A stretch of 64,000 bases of DNA from a virus: IMG/VR virus record IMGVR_UViG_3300030004_000009, positions 96,001-160,000 of that record; one strand, given 5' to 3'. Below, piece after piece: positions 20,140-30,295 of this stretch. The translations under genes and the position numbers were made by a program. The stretch's first letter is position 1. Every line of letters begins with the position of its first letter. Under the pieces are notes generated by a model. That model saw only the letters and a program-made list of their open reading frames with translations. It was not told the DNA's origin and made no database searches.

Positions 20140-21772
20140 TTAAAGTTTTATTAATGTTTTCATTAATCCTAGCACGTATCTCAGCTAAAGTTGGATCAAC
20201 TAACAGATAACCATCTTCAAATACAGGTATTAATTCACCACCTTCTTCCTCTTCTTGTGTTACCTGATCAGTTAGGTAGAATTTACCTGATGGGTCTTTG
20301 TCAACTCGAAGTAAACCTTTTGCTGATTTCTTAGTTCCATCGTCTGTAATTGGATCTTTAAAGATTTCACGTTGCTCTATTTCATAGATTGGGTGTTCAG
20401 CTAGCATACCTCCTACAAATTGTTCAATAGGAAAACCTATAAGTTCTAACTCTGTCCCATCTTCTCTTACACCAAAGACTTTATCATCATGGTTAGTTAG
20501 AGTTAATGGATAAGCTACTTCACAATAAGTTGATTTAACTGCAATACCCAGGGAGTCTCTCGTCTGATAATTAAAAGTATAACTGCCTATTCCTAGAACA
20601 ATGTTTGTAGATGCAAAACCTTTAGCTTCAAGACGTTGACAGATTTCTTCTGCACGTTTTAAAGTAATAGAGTCTCCATAGATAGCACCAATATGTGGAT
20701 CAAGAACTTTATAACCTTGTTCATTGATAGTTCCACCAAATACATCCCAAAGAAGTTCAATTACACCTTTTCTAATAGGTGAATTATCGTTTACTGGTGA
20801 GTACCATGCATTTACACCATGTATACTTGTATTAGTTCCACATATAATATCAACTGGATCACCACTATCAGGACGAAGAACAGCTTTACCATCACGTGCT
20901 AAAATTTCATCCTTCAAAATAGGTAAGAATTCAGTTAAAACCTTCCATAGATCATAACTATCACTTACCATTGATACTATACCTGTAGGAAATTGTTGTA
21001 ATATCCTTCTAAATGATAGAAGTTCATTCTCTTTTCCATATGAGGTTGCTATAGAATGCTCGCTAGCAGGAACTGATGAGCCAACAAGCTCCTTCTCTAT
21101 GTTTGCATTATAGTATTCTTCGAGCATTAATACTGCTGGTATTGTATCAGTTCCAGTAAAAGATAGAAGATGACCTGCCTGATTTTGTGTCGACTCTGTA
21201 GAACTACGACCTCTTTGACTAAAGTCATGTCCTTGCCACTGTACTCCTTCAACACTACCTGTAGTTTTCAATGCCCACTTACTCAATAAAAGGCGATACT
21301 GATAACTAACTGTTGCAACTGTAGTTAGATCCCAAATTACTGTTGACATTTGAGTCTCAAGGAAGTTAACTAACCAAGCAAAGTCTGGATGTGTATTTGT
21401 AATTGTGTAGAATGGTACTTTAATTGGAACTATCGAACCTTCTGGTAATGCTTTAATTAGAAGTGGAAGATAACCTAACTCATGTAGTTTCTCTATATGG
21501 TCAGTTGTTACATCCACAAAACTAAAATGTTTATGGAAGCGTTTATATTCTTTAACTATATCCTCAATAGGACGATCAAAGAATAATTCATTCCATTGTT
21601 TATGTAAATATTCTTTAAGATAATAGTTTAAACCAAACCATATCGCATAATCTGTTCCTAACCTTGATGAACGAGGTGTCATATTAGAATATAACTTTGT
21701 CATTCCTTTAGGATAGAATAAATGGTGAAATTGCTTATAGGAATCTGACAGTAATACTGGTAATATTTTCAT
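20123..21772 (-). CDS. Nicotinamide phosphoribosyltransferase-family protein (Namat/NadV-like)
   Basis: SDSYK, HDFSQRG, GTDT, PASEHS, VSDSYD, RPDSGDP, IYGDSIT and KKSAKG motifs. Confidence 0.92.
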   Translation of the reverse strand: MKILPVLLSDSYKQFHHLFYPKGMTKLYSNMTPRSSRLGTDYAIWFGLNYYLKEYLHKQWNELFFDRPIEDIVKEYKRFHKHFSFVDVTTDHIEKLHELGYLPLLIKALPEGSIVPIKVPFYTITNTHPDFAWLVNFLETQMSTVIWDLTTVATVSYQYRLLLSKWALKTTGSVEGVQWQGHDFSQRGRSSTESTQNQAGHLLSFTGTDTIPAVLMLEEYYNANIEKELVGSSVPASEHSIATSYGKENELLSFRRILQQFPTGIVSMVSDSYDLWKVLTEFLPILKDEILARDGKAVLRPDSGDPVDIICGTNTSIHGVNAWYSPVNDNSPIRKGVIELLWDVFGGTINEQGYKVLDPHIGAIYGDSITLKRAEEICQRLEAKGFASTNIVLGIGSYTFNYQTRDSLGIAVKSTYCEVAYPLTLTNHDDKVFGVREDGTELELIGFPIEQFVGGMLAEHPIYEIEQREIFKDPITDDGTKKSAKGLLRVDKDPSGKFYLTDQVTQEEEEGGELIPVFEDGYLLVDPTLAEIRARINENINKTLNELSN

Positions 21773-21877
21773 TTACATTTATTTAAAATTTATTGTTTAA
21801 ATTCGACTACTATTAACTATCTAAAGACTTTACGGAGATTTTCCTTAGCTAGAGATATGAGATTCCCTTCTATATAA

Positions 21878-22264
21878 TTAAGTTCCACTTTCTTCCTCCT
21901 CATAGATCTCAACATTATCTCTTACCCATTGCGCTATCTGATGAAAGGTAAAACCTTCATCGTCGTTTAAAAATGATAACATGTTTGATAAATCATTATG
22001 GTTGTTGTGTTCCCACATTAGTTCTTTAGGAACTCTATAACCTTTAGTGTTATTACTATTTAAATAATCACCATATAGATTATGGCTATGAATACCGCAA
22101 ACTAAACCAGCTACTCCTATACAACAGTATCCTATACCTACAGGTCCATATAAATTACGTTTTAAAGCTTCTTTTGCTTGTTTGTATTCACCGCTCTCTA
22201 AAGCCTCAAGCCATTTATCAGCAAACCATTTAGGTAATCTATATTGTTTTTCTGTTTCTATCAT
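21878..22264 (-). CDS. Conserved phage hypothetical protein
   Basis: KWLEALESGEYKQ...YCCIGV...LNDD..FTF.QIA. Confidence 0.6.
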   Translation of the reverse strand: MIETEKQYRLPKWFADKWLEALESGEYKQAKEALKRNLYGPVGIGYCCIGVAGLVCGIHSHNLYGDYLNSNNTKGYRVPKELMWEHNNHNDLSNMLSFLNDDEGFTFHQIAQWVRDNVEIYEEEESGT

Positions 22265-23160
22265 AATTGTATTACATTAAAGTTTCTTCTATCAGTTTGT
22301 TCTTGATAAGAATTTGTTGTATAAATTTCATTTAAGTAACTACCTTCATCATTCTCTTTAAGTAGTATCTCAACACTCTTACTAAAGATCCCATGAGTTA
22401 CAAATAAAGTAATGTGTTTAACAATACTTGCTCCTTCTATTGGTAACCCTAACCTTGTGTGAATAGTTGGATATTTTAAAGTTCTCAATGTTTTAGCTAA
22501 TTCAGTAAATGTACGACCACCATCACATAAATCATCATAAATAATCACATTCTGTTTTAGTAAATCAGGATTAAGTATATCAATACCTGTTATTTCACCT
22601 GTTAAGACATTACGATGTTTATTTGAATAAACAATGTTAATATCTCGCTTAATAATACTTAAGAAATTCTCAATGCGCTTAACTGCTCCGAAGTCTGGAA
22701 CTACAAAGCAAACTTCACTATCTTTATAATCATTTAATTTTAACATTACTTCACTGTCAAGTGGATGTCTTACTTCACAATTACTAAGTAAAGTAGTTGT
22801 AACATTAGAATGCGGTTCATACACAATCACCTTATTAAACTTTAAAGAGTCAATGTCATTACATACTGTCTTAAGATCAAAGCTATCGTGTTCAAACATA
22901 GAACGATCATAACGTGAAGCTAATAAATAGAAAATATGAAGTTGAATATTTATACTTGGATTTACACTTCGTATTATACTTACTAATTGCTTAAGGATGA
23001 AAATATCATCATAATTCTTAATTCTAGTTTTAATAGTAAGATCCTCACTACTTAAAAGGTAATGAGGTTGATCAAGTTTAATATGCTTATGTCCATCAGG
23101 AAATTTAAGAATTTCATATTTAAGACTAAGCTTTGAACTATCAGTTAGGTCTATTATCAT
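22261..23160 (-). CDS. Ribose-phosphate pyrophosphokinase-family protein (Adps-like)
   Basis: FPDG, SRYDR, EPHS, PDFGA, YDDLCDGGRTF, VTHGIFS and TTNS motifs. Confidence 0.9.
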   Translation of the reverse strand: MIIDLTDSSKLSLKYEILKFPDGHKHIKLDQPHYLLSSEDLTIKTRIKNYDDIFILKQLVSIIRSVNPSINIQLHIFYLLASRYDRSMFEHDSFDLKTVCNDIDSLKFNKVIVYEPHSNVTTTLLSNCEVRHPLDSEVMLKLNDYKDSEVCFVVPDFGAVKRIENFLSIIKRDINIVYSNKHRNVLTGEITGIDILNPDLLKQNVIIYDDLCDGGRTFTELAKTLRTLKYPTIHTRLGLPIEGASIVKHITLFVTHGIFSKSVEILLKENDEGSYLNEIYTTNSYQEQTDRRNFNVIQL

Positions 23161-23948
23161 ATTTTAAATGTTGTTTGAAAATCCGCTAAGTCTTGGTAGT
23201 ATCCTGAGACTTGTAATTGGTTATCAATATAAAATTCAATGTTAGTTCCATATTCAGGATCTACATCATAAACTTTAAATTTGATTACTCTTGTTAATTC
23301 ACCTGTTGGAGCACCAGTCATAGGGTTTTGACTATAAACCTTCTCTTCTTTAATAAAGACTCCAGGTTCTTCTTCTTTAAATTTGTGATTAGTAAAGTAT
23401 TTACTATCTGCAAAAGGTGCTATTGGTTTTATCTCTTTTGGTTCTCTTGTTAACTTATCAAAATGATTTAGATAGAGTTGTTTCTCATATGGTGTCATAT
23501 TAGAATATTCTTTACTTGCTCAATTGTTATATCGTCAAATGCAAACTTGAATATAGGTTTTAGAATTTCTAGATTCTTAGGATTATTCAACATATCATAA
23601 TCTATCTTATACCTACCTTCTATTTCCTCGACTTTATCTTCATATTGCTCATGTGATACATAGCCTTCACAAGAATCATTATATGAAGTTAATAATTCTT
23701 CACGTCTCATGAGAGCTCTAATGGTCATTATATAGAGTTCTTCTATTTCCTCTGTCATTCTACCCAATCTTTAAATATGAATTGATTAATAAGGGTGAGC
23801 ACTAACATAATTGGTGCAAACATTACACAAGGTACTATTACTACATCATCATCAAACTGTGGTCTGTCATATGCAATAGAAAGTTTAAAGTTTATCCAAA
23901 AACCAATTATAACCCATAGTATAATACTTAATATGATTTCAAGTAGTG

Positions 23949-24185
23949 TCATTTATTTTTAATTTTATAATGTAACATAAGGACTAACTGTAATACATTA
24001 AATGTATTACTACCTAAAAGCGGCCAATCTCTTGTTTGTATAGCATAAATAGACCACAATATTTTAGCAGTTAATAAAATTGTTAATGTAGTCCAAGTAA
24101 GTGTACATCTTTTAGTCTTAAAAGTATCATACACTTGTGGGAGAAATGCAATTGTAATTAATATTGCGGCTATATATCCTATCAT
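23949..24185 (-). CDS. SemiSWEET/PQ-loop three-helix membrane protein
   Basis: MIGYIAAILITIAFLPQVY...LWSIYA...DWPL..SN. Confidence 0.8.
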   Translation of the reverse strand: MIGYIAAILITIAFLPQVYDTFKTKRCTLTWTTLTILLTAKILWSIYAIQTRDWPLLGSNTFNVLQLVLMLHYKIKNK

Positions 24186-24427
24186 AATCTCTGTTTTTTA
24201 ATTTTGTAAAGGGAAAGTATAAACAATTGCATAAAACTAAGCATACTACTTATAAAAAGTGACCAATCACTACAATCCATAGCGTGCATAGTCCATAATA
24301 ACATAGCAGTTAGTAAAATTAATAGTGTAGCCCAACTTAACGCACACTTATGTGTTATAAAAATAGTTATATAAAGTTGAGGTAAATAAGCTATTGTGAC
24401 TAATATTGCTGCAATATAACCTATCAT
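24182..24427 (-). CDS. SemiSWEET/PQ-loop three-helix membrane protein (paralogue)
   Basis: MIGYIAAILVTIAYLPQLY; near-identical N-terminus to the neighbouring gene. Confidence 0.8.
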   Translation of the reverse strand: MIGYIAAILVTIAYLPQLYITIFITHKCALSWATLLILLTAMLLWTMHAMDCSDWSLFISSMLSFMQLFILSLYKIKKQRL

Positions 24428-24947
24428 TTAAGTAAAGCTTCAATCTTATCTGCAATAGTTTCATTAATTTTTCTAGCAGCATTCAGTGCTGCTTTCTCTG
24501 CATTAGCAAGATCAATCTTAGCTTGTGCAATTGCAACATTTGCATCATGTTTTAATGCTGTTGCGTCAATTTTAGCATTCAGAGCTTTTAATTTGTCTGC
24601 TGCTTCTGTGAATGTCTTTAAAATTTCAACTTTTTCTTTACTTAGAGCTTCTGCTGACTTGATGAATAAACTCTTAATAAATTCAATTAACTTTTCCATT
24701 TTCTTCATATTTATTTTCTAATAACCATATTAATGATGCTGCTATTAGTTTTATGTGTTTAACATACTTTATCTTTTTCTTATTAAAATATCTAGTTATA
24801 TCTTTAGTAAATTTTGATGTTGATATATACTTACTGTCTTCTAAAGTATAACTCTTTTGAGTTATCTTATAGATAAGTACTTCATATACGAAAGTATTAT
24901 ATAAGAGCAACTTAGAGTCGCCCTTATAAAATACCTTTCTCCCTTTA

Positions 24948-25565
24948 TTAGCTTGCTTTACCATATATAGTCTTACCCAGATGGTAGTACTTAGTAACAT
25001 AATTAAGTACATGATCATCTGTTTTATTCAGATTCAGATTAATAATAGTAGCTAATACTTGAAAAATTTCATGCACTGCCACTGCACTAAATGAATAAGT
25101 AGTTTTAAATACATTGAAGTTTTCTCCTTTTCTTTTATTTTTTAAGTGAACTATTAAATCACCTTTAGGACTAATTGTTGGTGTAGAAACCCATTTACCT
25201 GGATGAGGTTTATTAGTGTGTACTCCACGAATCTTATCATCACCGTAAAGCTGAATACGCTCTTCTTCTGTTTTTTCAAATCGACCGATAGTACGTATAA
25301 CTACAGTTTCTTCTAAACCTGTTTCCTCATTTAGTTGTTTTGCAGTTATCTTTTCAAGTTGATGTTGATACTCAGGTCGAGTCCCTTCAGCAATCTTCTG
25401 TTCTTCTGTTAATCCTTTAATGAAGATACGTTCTTTTTCACCAGTTTTATGATTGGTTATAACACGCATTACATCATTATAAGGTGGTGTGTCTTTATCA
25501 GAGATACAAGGAAAGTATTTTTCCTTGTATCTGTTAGTTTGTTTATTAGAAACTTTATTTTGCAT
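24948..25565 (-). CDS. Hypothetical protein
   Basis: 205-aa ORF. Confidence 0.55.
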   Translation of the reverse strand: MQNKVSNKQTNRYKEKYFPCISDKDTPPYNDVMRVITNHKTGEKERIFIKGLTEEQKIAEGTRPEYQHQLEKITAKQLNEETGLEETVVIRTIGRFEKTEEERIQLYGDDKIRGVHTNKPHPGKWVSTPTISPKGDLIVHLKNKRKGENFNVFKTTYSFSAVAVHEIFQVLATIINLNLNKTDDHVLNYVTKYYHLGKTIYGKAS

Positions 25566-25579
25566 TTTTTGTACTTTAA

Positions 25580-26023
25580 TTAAGTAATTCGAGGAGTTAA
25601 TTTTGAAGCTGATACTTTAATAAACCTATCAGGATTATCGATAATCCTTTTAAGTTGTATATCAAGTATACCTTTGGCAGTATCATCACCAAAGAATCGA
25701 TTAGTTGTAAAAAGAGTTACTAATGCTTTAGTAGGTTTCAATGCTCTACCTTTAGCTCTTATTTTACCCTCTTCAAAATGACCTATATCTATAGGATTAA
25801 GAACACTTAAACCAATACTAAAAGTAGCTTTATACGTATCAACTTCTTCTTCTGTATAGATATGTACTTTCACTCTTTTAAGATTTATAATCTTACTGTC
25901 ATGTACAGTATCTACACCACTTTCTTCAATTAAGACACCGACTAACGTAACATTACGTGTTTGGCCATCTCTTAGAGCAGTAGTTACACCTGTAACTACA
26001 TACTCGCGTATTTTAGGATTCAT
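25580..26023 (-). CDS. Hypothetical protein
   Basis: 147-aa ORF. Confidence 0.55.
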   Translation of the reverse strand: MNPKIREYVVTGVTTALRDGQTRNVTLVGVLIEESGVDTVHDSKIINLKRVKVHIYTEEEVDTYKATFSIGLSVLNPIDIGHFEEGKIRAKGRALKPTKALVTLFTTNRFFGDDTAKGILDIQLKRIIDNPDRFIKVSASKLTPRIT

Positions 26024-26487
26024 ATTTGATTTTAATTATTTATTTTAAAAGTTTAATTAATGTCACTAATTAAGCAGCATTAGGTGGATGGTCATCAGGA
26101 AGTTCTACAAGAGAACTTATAGAGTTATTAAAAGCTACATAAAGCTTATTGTTAAATTGTTCTCTATAAATTGATACGACAGTTGACCGTTTAAATAGTA
26201 AGCGATAAATTGCTACTAAAATACATATAAGTAACAATACTTGTATGCAATAATATAATGTATCCATTACTGTTATAATAAATTTATAATTCTAAAACTA
26301 GACCTTCCAGTTGTAGTTGAAAATGACAAGTAAATGCCATTTACTTTTCTTTCAACTTTGGGTTGAAAGACTAGGTATAATGCAATAAGTACTATACCTA
26401 TGATAATCCAAAATGACCACATAGTTTTCTTTGTTTTAATTAAGAGTGGCTTTCACCACCCTTAATGTTAATAATTAATACATGCGT

Positions 26488-27018
26488 TTACTCAAATCGA
26501 CGGATAATGTTTGCGATTTCACCATTGGTGTCTGATGACATTTCACCCAGGGCCTGGTATTGCCAGGTACCTTGTTCTTTATAGAACTCACCGAGAAAAA
26601 TACAATTCGCATCATTGAAACCTTCAGTGATATCAAAGTTGGCCAGTGTAGTATGTTCGTCGTCATAAACACCTGTAGTGATATCTTTAATGTCACTAAA
26701 CTTAGTGCCATCTTTGATATTCACAATGTTTAACATACTAGTGCAAGTAACTGGTAATTCATGGAATTTAATGAATATAACATCACCATCCAGAGCCAGG
26801 CCGGGTAGTTCTTGGCGGTTATAGTATAACAACGCGTTATCTGGCCCTAAAACCTTACCACCAGAACCAGCTCGACCACCGGTTAAACATAAAATCGAGA
26901 ATTCAAGGTTCACAGGATTATCTCCTGTATTCCAATCCAGCCCAATGCGTGCATTTTCAAAAGCATCTCCTAGAGAAGTTTTGAGGGTGAGAACATCACC
27001 CTTAATTAAATTTTTCAT
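26488..27018 (-). CDS. TerD-family protein (divergent)
   Basis: NLIKG, RIGLDWN, LYYN, LGEFYKEQGTWQYQALGE; visibly more GC-rich than its flanks. Confidence 0.75.
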   Translation of the reverse strand: MKNLIKGDVLTLKTSLGDAFENARIGLDWNTGDNPVNLEFSILCLTGGRAGSGGKVLGPDNALLYYNRQELPGLALDGDVIFIKFHELPVTCTSMLNIVNIKDGTKFSDIKDITTGVYDDEHTTLANFDITEGFNDANCIFLGEFYKEQGTWQYQALGEMSSDTNGEIANIIRRFE

Positions 27019-27049
27019 TATAATTTATTGTTTTACCACATCTGTGGTG

Positions 27050-27123
27050 TTATGAAGGTGAGATTCGGACTCACGACTTTCTCCATATCAGGGAGATACT
27101 CTAGCCAGCTGAGTTACTTCATA
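27050..27123 (-). tRNA. tRNA-Ile(GAT)
   Basis: Acceptor TATGAAG/CTTCATA; anticodon arm TCTCC-CTGATAT-GGAGA; T loop TCCGAAT (non-canonical). Confidence 0.85.
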
Positions 27124-27127
27124 AAAT

Positions 27128-27306
27128 TTATCTGTCTTTCCAGATTGTCATAAGGTTACTCTTGCTTGGCTTCCCTTCAACTTACCAAGTCCCTAGAGCT
27201 GGGTCTACACCGTGTCAGTCATATTGTGTAGCGTTCTTGTTTCTCTTAACTTCCTAAGCAAATCACACGTGATTACTTACTTGTACAGCTCTTTACGACT
27301 GAAAGA
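27128..27306 (-). ncRNA. Structured ~180-nt RNA between two tRNAs, possibly manA-like
   Basis: GTCGTAA/TTATGAC closing stem; GAGCTG/CAGCTC, CTACAC/GTGTAG, CTTGG/CCAAG; 3' TCTG-GAAAGA-CAGA loop is complementary to 5' TCTTTC. Confidence 0.55.
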
Positions 27307-27311
27307 ATCGG

Positions 27312-27388
27312 TGCTCCCTCCTGAATTTGAATCAGGGACCTCCAAATTATGAGTTTGTTGCTCTAAAACCGGACTGAGCTAAGGGAGC
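27312..27388 (-). tRNA. tRNA(CAT), elongator Met or Ile2
   Basis: GCTCCCT/AGGGAGC acceptor; CAAA-CTCATAA-TTTG; TTCAAAT T loop; lacks initiator features. Confidence 0.85.
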
Positions 27389-27671
27389 TTGAATCTTATA
27401 TCTCTAAATTATCAAGTTATCAAGTTCATCATAAATACAACCAAACTCATCTACTACATATTCCGTAGCTGTAAAGTCATTTATACTATCTTCTATAGTA
27501 GATTCATTAGCTATTTTAGCTACTTCCGAGTATGATAGATTGCCGAAGAATTGCTTTATCAGTTGAAATTCTCTTTTGGTTTTAATAGAGATTACTAAGT
27601 CTATTGGTTTAAAAACGTCTTGTTGTTGGATTACTTTTATGTCCATTATTTAATTTTTAAATTTTAAAATA

Positions 27672-27699
27672 AACCAGAGACTCGTGAAAGTCTCTGGTT
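27672..27699 (-). terminator. Intrinsic terminator-like hairpin
   Basis: aaccagagact/agtctctggtt followed by a T-rich run on minus. Confidence 0.55.
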
Positions 27700-27877
27700 C
27701 CTTGATTAGGTAATACAATACTTTTCGCGTCGCAATGTAAAAGAGCTAACTGCGAAGGTTTCATATATTTAGGATTACTCCAAAGCTCACATGAAGACCT
27801 ACAAACATAAACTCAAACCATATTATTTATTAGTTTTTACGAAACTACTATATAACGGTTCTCAAACTTCTAAAACG

Positions 27878-28339
27878 TCACGATCTTTCAAACAACTTGT
27901 TAAGGTGTTTTGATTTGGTAATTTTATTTATTATCATACTATAACCACAAGTTTGTGAAAACTTACGATTAAGATATTTTAAATATTCACGTTTTGAATA
28001 TTTATGTTTTTTAAATAACTTTGATTGGAATAAATAATAATCATCAATTGATGATTGCCAACTACTATAAGTAACATAACCTTTAGTTTTGAATAAAGCA
28101 GTTGTCTGTCTATTATACATATAATGCATACCAAACAGATTATGTCTCTTCTGACACAACCTGCTCCTAAAAGAGTTAGTCTCTATTAAAATTTGCGCGT
28201 ACACTATATCCTTATATTTAATATTCGACTTATTAAGATAGTTAACTACATTTACTCGTGTAAGCTTTGTAGTATCAACTGTTGTGCTATCTTGTAAACA
28301 AGATAACTGTAAGAGTGTAATAAATATAAGTTTAAGCAT
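27878..28339 (-). CDS. Glucosaminidase (GH73-like) peptidoglycan hydrolase with signal peptide
   Basis: YAQILIETN...HNLFGM...YSSWQSSIDDY. Confidence 0.7.
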   Translation of the reverse strand: MLKLIFITLLQLSCLQDSTTVDTTKLTRVNVVNYLNKSNIKYKDIVYAQILIETNSFRSRLCQKRHNLFGMHYMYNRQTTALFKTKGYVTYSSWQSSIDDYYLFQSKLFKKHKYSKREYLKYLNRKFSQTCGYSMIINKITKSKHLNKLFERS

Positions 28340-28973
28340 AATCTTTTATTTTAAGTTAATATTAACACTATTGTTAATATTTTTCAGCTATTAGAAACCA
28401 ATCATTAGCTCCTCCATCTAAGTCTGAGCCACTAACACGAATATTTACATAACCATCTCTAGTTAATGTAGTGACCTCGTTATTTATAGTTTCAAGACTA
28501 TTATATATACCATGATATATAATTTTGGGTATTGCTGGTCTAGTGATAACTACCTTTTCAACTACTTGCATGTCTGCCTTAGCTGATTCAATTTGACATA
28601 TAGCCAAACCAAATAGAAGGAAACCCATCATAAGGGTACATACTGTATACATGATAGGGTTAAACCATTTGCTTCTTTCCATTACCTTTTATGATATACG
28701 TGATGAACTGTTGTTACACGATGAACTACAACTACATGTTGTATTGTCACATGGTGTACTACTCGATGAGTAGGTACTACAATATAAGGGTGTACACTAT
28801 AAATGTGTGGACGATTAGCTGGTTGAGTACAGCTAAATAAGCCAAGTATGGTTATGAATAAAATTAGTTTTTTCATATTTTAATTTGCCATTTGTTTTTA
28901 AATTAACAAGTAAACAGTGCTCAGATGGCTTTAGGCGTACGAACACATAGATTAAAAGACCTTTAATCATAGA

Positions 28974-29306
28974 TTAAAATCCTCGTAATGTAATAAACCA
29001 TTGTCTTAAACCATCATCCCCAATATCACTCGATTTGTACTTTGTGTACTTAACTAAAATAATATTTTTCATTACTACCTTCTGTGAATCAGGCGCTGTA
29101 GTGTATTGCTGATAATCAGCTGCTAAAGAAGAATTAAATCCTTCAATATAACTTGGACTACCTTCAAATACTTTACGTTCAACTGCTGCTTGTTTTGGAG
29201 CCCAAAATGCATAATTTCCTGTAGCAATTCCATTACCTAGAAAGGTAAGAATTCCTACTCCTAGCATAACTAGGATTATGATTCCGAATACTTTTAATGC
29301 GTTCAT
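28974..29306 (-). CDS. Membrane-anchored hypothetical protein
   Basis: N-terminal TM helix; ERKVFEGSPSYIEG. Confidence 0.6.
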   Translation of the reverse strand: MNALKVFGIIILVMLGVGILTFLGNGIATGNYAFWAPKQAAVERKVFEGSPSYIEGFNSSLAADYQQYTTAPDSQKVVMKNIILVKYTKYKSSDIGDDGLRQWFITLRGF

Positions 29307-29399
29307 TGTTGTGTTGTTTTTAAATTTAATTTATAAATAGAGGAAGGTTACCGTCCTTCTTAGATTCACCTGGTGATAGTGGGCTTCAACTCTATTTAA

Positions 29400-29788
29400 T
29401 TGTTTGTCCTAAAAGTGTGTTGTTACACCAAAAGAAAATGACTTTAGGCTTTTACGGTCCTTTGCTAGTAAGATGATCGGTCTGTTCACGTCGCCTGCCT
29501 TATTACTAAACCCATTACTATCCGCTGACTTATATAACTTATTATCCTTTGATGTAGTAGTGGATGCAATTACATTCCGAACTATCGGACGTTGCCACAT
29601 TATGACCAATCAAAAATTCTCTTCCTGTATTTCATATAGTCATATTCTATCATTACAATAGACGTATCGTTACCTACAGACTTCAAATACACCTAATAAT
29701 TAAGTAATATCGCTATTACAATGCAGCTTCGTTCTACTCTTTAAAAGGTGCATACTGTCAATGCTACTTCCTCTCAGAATCTAAACAA
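29400..29788 (-). ncRNA. Candidate ~390-nt structured RNA
   Basis: Intergenic, short closing stem TTGTTT/AAACAA, several internal stems (CCACTACTA/TAGTAATGG, TCCGA/TCGGA, ATGAC/GTCAT). Confidence 0.4.
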
Positions 29789-29799
29789 TATCTTTTAAG

Positions 29800-30294
29800 T
29801 TACATTTCTATTTTAAACGGTAAGACTGTCACCTTAGGTTCAAAATAACAGACTTTAGGTTGTCCAGTTGGATCTATCATAACAACCCACGTACCTTCAG
29901 CAGATGCTGGCATAAATAACCCATTAGGTTCTGATTGAGGTATTGGTGTATAACTACTATTACCACTATAAATCAACTTTTCTGGATTGCTTCTTTGAGT
30001 AGAATAAGGAATAGGATAGCCAGTACATTTACCAATATAAATCAACTTACCTGTCATTTCTGCCTGTAAATAGCAGTAGTTAATTAAAGAAGGATTATCA
30101 CGTAAACTATAAATTAGATTAACTAACTTAAGCTCTGTAAACTTATCGATTGTTGGCATACCTGCTTGTGCTACACCTTGACTTTGAAGAGTCTCTTGTT
30201 TAGCTTGATCTATCTCGTCAGCTGTTGGTGGTGATGTTTCACAAGAAGTAATAAATAGCATTATAAATGCTGTAAATAGAATTAACTTTTTCAT
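29800..30294 (-). CDS. Phage lipoprotein
   Basis: Lipobox ITSC; GYPIPYSTQ..NPE...QSEPNGLF..S.EGTWV. Confidence 0.7.
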   Translation of the reverse strand: MKKLILFTAFIMLFITSCETSPPTADEIDQAKQETLQSQGVAQAGMPTIDKFTELKLVNLIYSLRDNPSLINYCYLQAEMTGKLIYIGKCTGYPIPYSTQRSNPEKLIYSGNSSYTPIPQSEPNGLFMPASAEGTWVVMIDPTGQPKVCYFEPKVTVLPFKIEM

Positions 30295-30295
30295 T

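Noticed and set aside
29400-29788. RNase P RNA or group I intron
   Set aside because: GAGGAAAGUCC/ACAGAA P4 signatures and P/Q/R/S elements were not found
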